Part shown: in pieces, positions 61,725 to 64,000 of the stretch | How positions within the stretch are numbered: the first letter of the stretch is position 1 | How the letters are laid out: the number at the start of each line of letters is the position of its first letter | Source: Paraspadella gotoi | Lineage: Eukaryota > Animalia > Chaetognatha | Direction: 5' to 3' | Length of the DNA stretch: 64,000 nucleotides | NCBI GenBank assembly: GCA_051294375.1 | Contig: CM119263.1 | Coordinates: 28,495,280-28,559,279, forward strand | Made by a program: the position numbers and the translations under genes | Notes under the pieces: model-generated | What the model saw: the letters and a program-made list of their open reading frames with translations, nothing else | Databases searched by the model: none | What the model was told of the DNA's origin: nothing

Positions 61725-62319
61725 CAAGAAAGAAAAGGATTTGATGAATTAAAAGAAGATTTGATGAATTAAGTCATCCGATAATGAATCCGTCAGTGAA
61801 TGAAAGGAAGAGGGCGGAAATGGGTTTTTATGAATTCAGTCATCCGAAAAGGATTTATCGTATAATGTTGTAGCATCAAAAAAGATTTGTTTTTTGATAG
61901 GTTAATGGTTGTAAAATTAATTTTGAAAAAAAATTATCGAATTCTTTCAGTGAAATGAATTATGAAAGATAGTTTTTACTGTCTCTTCCTGCCCGAAAAA
62001 GGCTCCACACATCAAAAAGACGTTTTAACCAAAATCTTTCATAATCATTTTTGTCCCTAATCGCAAATTTAAATTCAAAACTGTGTATTGACCAATAAAG
62101 TTAAACAATTTACAAAATGTGTTAACACAATAAAAATACTTTCTTCGTCCCCCCCAACCGCCAAGTCTCGAACCAACCCCCCAACCCACCTTCAACCACC
62201 TTCCCCTTCTCAACCCCACCACCTTCATTTCTCTTCGCGCGATTCACGGATTCTTTGTCGGGCGATTAAATTTCCTCACGTTATTAATGGACGAAACGAG
62301 GAACCGATAATTTCCGTGT

Positions 62320-62413
62320 CGGTCGGCCAGGCGTCGGCCATGCGTCCGCCAGGCGTCGGCGAGGCGTCGGCCAGGCATCGGCCATGCGTCGGCCATGCGT
62401 CGGCCATGCGTCG
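62320..62413. repeat. 11-bp GCGTCGGCCA(T/G) tandem repeat, about 8 copies
   Basis: Directly visible, downstream of the receptor stop codon. Confidence 0.9.
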
Positions 62414-62956
62414 GGTACTTTTAATTCATTCCTCCCTCCCCTTTTCCTCCCAACCCAACTTCCCTCGTCGAAAAGAAAATTTACGATTTTCCGTTTTCCT
62501 CCTTTTTTTTCCTTTTCCTTTTCTTTTTTTTTTTTTTTTTTTCTCTCTTTCCTTCCTTCTGTCATTGGTCGGAATTAACGATGAAAAAAAGGAAAAGGAA
62601 ATTAGCAAAAAACATAATGTTTCTTTTTTTTGGGTTTTTTTTTTGGTGTGTTTGCAACTGATTTGTAAGTCATTCATTCTTGTATTTTGTTTCCTTTTTT
62701 TTCTTTCTCTAGTAAACTTATTAAAATTGAAACAGGAAATTTTTATTTCTTGTTGAGAAAAGAGATGAGATATGCGAAATAACTGTCAAAAATAAGAACA
62801 TATTAAGAAGATTGAATATTGAAATTTGTTTATTTTTTAATAAATTAGAAGAATTATCCGTCAGAAAAGGATTAACATATGCATTTTTAATTTTATTAGT
62901 TTCGGTTACGTGTTGTTATAATTTTATAAGGTTGTGTACCTCGTAAAAAGACGGTT

Positions 62957-62988
<32 letters not shown>

Positions 62989-64000
62989 GTCCGCTCCTTC
63001 CTCTCCTTCTTTCTTCCGTCTCCTCTTCTAATCTCTCTCTCATCTCTCTCTCTCGTGCTCTCTCCTCTCTCTCTCTCTCTGCGCCTCTTTTTCGCTTTTT
63101 AATTGTCGGCGGCGACACAACTAAAGAGAGGCGTCGACTAATATTCTAGGCGAAGACAACGAAGAACGAATGAACCGACGACGACGGACGACGACGACGA
63201 CGAAATTGAACGAAGAATGACACGTCACTGAACGGACGAGGCGACGCAGTAATGACAAATGAACAACGATGACCAAGTAGTTGAAGATGACAAATTTTTT
63301 TTGGTTCGAAGAAAGTTCCGGTATGGCGCTAAAGTAATAAATAAATAAAGGTTTCATTTAAATTAATAATACCGGCATATGAATAAAATATTAAATGGCT
63401 TATTTAAATTTAATTGTGATGACCGGGGTTTACAATGTCAATAAAGGTTTATTAGCGGTTAGATAAGTGAAAGGCCAATAATTAGGATAGTAAGTCCAAG
63501 GACGTCGATGACAGAGGAATTCTGAAAAAAAGAATTGACAGACTTTACTGCCAATATAGCTGACAAAGGGCGGCGACAACGACAACGTGACGATCGCAAA
63601 ATCACGGATACGCCAACGATGACGACGACGACGACGAAACGCCAACGAAGACGACAACGAAGAAAGGGCGATCTTTTCCCTTAACTCGTCGTTGGGCGTC
63701 GCCTCGAATGTCGACGCTCGATTCGCACAGGAAACTTTGAAGTTTTATTTCGATCGCCAACGCGGAATTTTTTCTCTTTTAACTTTTATTTATCCTCTTT
63801 TTAAATTTTTTTTTTAGATCAGAAATTCGCTGAACGTCAAGAAGATGACGTCATGACGTAACGAACGGTCAAAAGTAACGAGGATTTCAGTCGCGGAGAG
63901 ACGGTAATCGTGTTGACGCGTCAAACGATATACTAATCCGTATTTTTCTTTTTATGGATTAAATAAAAAATAATATTTGAAAAAGGCTACACACGCACAT

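Overview
Eukaryotic (most likely invertebrate animal) genomic DNA, AT-rich, full of (GA/CT)n and (GAC/GTC)n microsatellites and N-gaps, from a poorly polished long-read assembly with several fold-back and duplicated read artefacts. Almost all ORFs in the six-frame track are microsatellite noise. Two spliced genes can be rebuilt by hand with GT-AG boundaries and matching phases. (1) A 5-exon minus-strand gene (27908->23601, 474 aa) encodes a stand-alone HHxxxDG CoA-dependent acyltransferase of the alcohol-acetyltransferase/PapA5/condensation-like type. (2) A 12-exon plus-strand gene (38955->61724, 784 aa) encodes a single-pass receptor: signal peptide, SUEL/rhamnose-lectin-like domain, CUB domain, polybasic site, TM helix and a Tyr/Pro-motif tail. 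An intact tRNA-Pro(TGG) lies antisense in an intron of the receptor gene. A Helentron/DINE-1-type non-autonomous element lies in intron 1 of the acyltransferase gene. Most notable observations: a Penelope-type minimal hammerhead-ribozyme fold on the sense strand of a receptor intron, plus a second degenerate one near 1.5 kb; a canonical intron nested in acyltransferase intron 4 that builds an overlapping 163-aa alternative-frame ORF; serial decayed copies of a CUB exon's 3' end; and a 2.8-kb GC-rich block, present twice, that is really a T->G-miscalled reverse complement of adjacent sequence. No database searches were run; family assignments rest on motif recognition.
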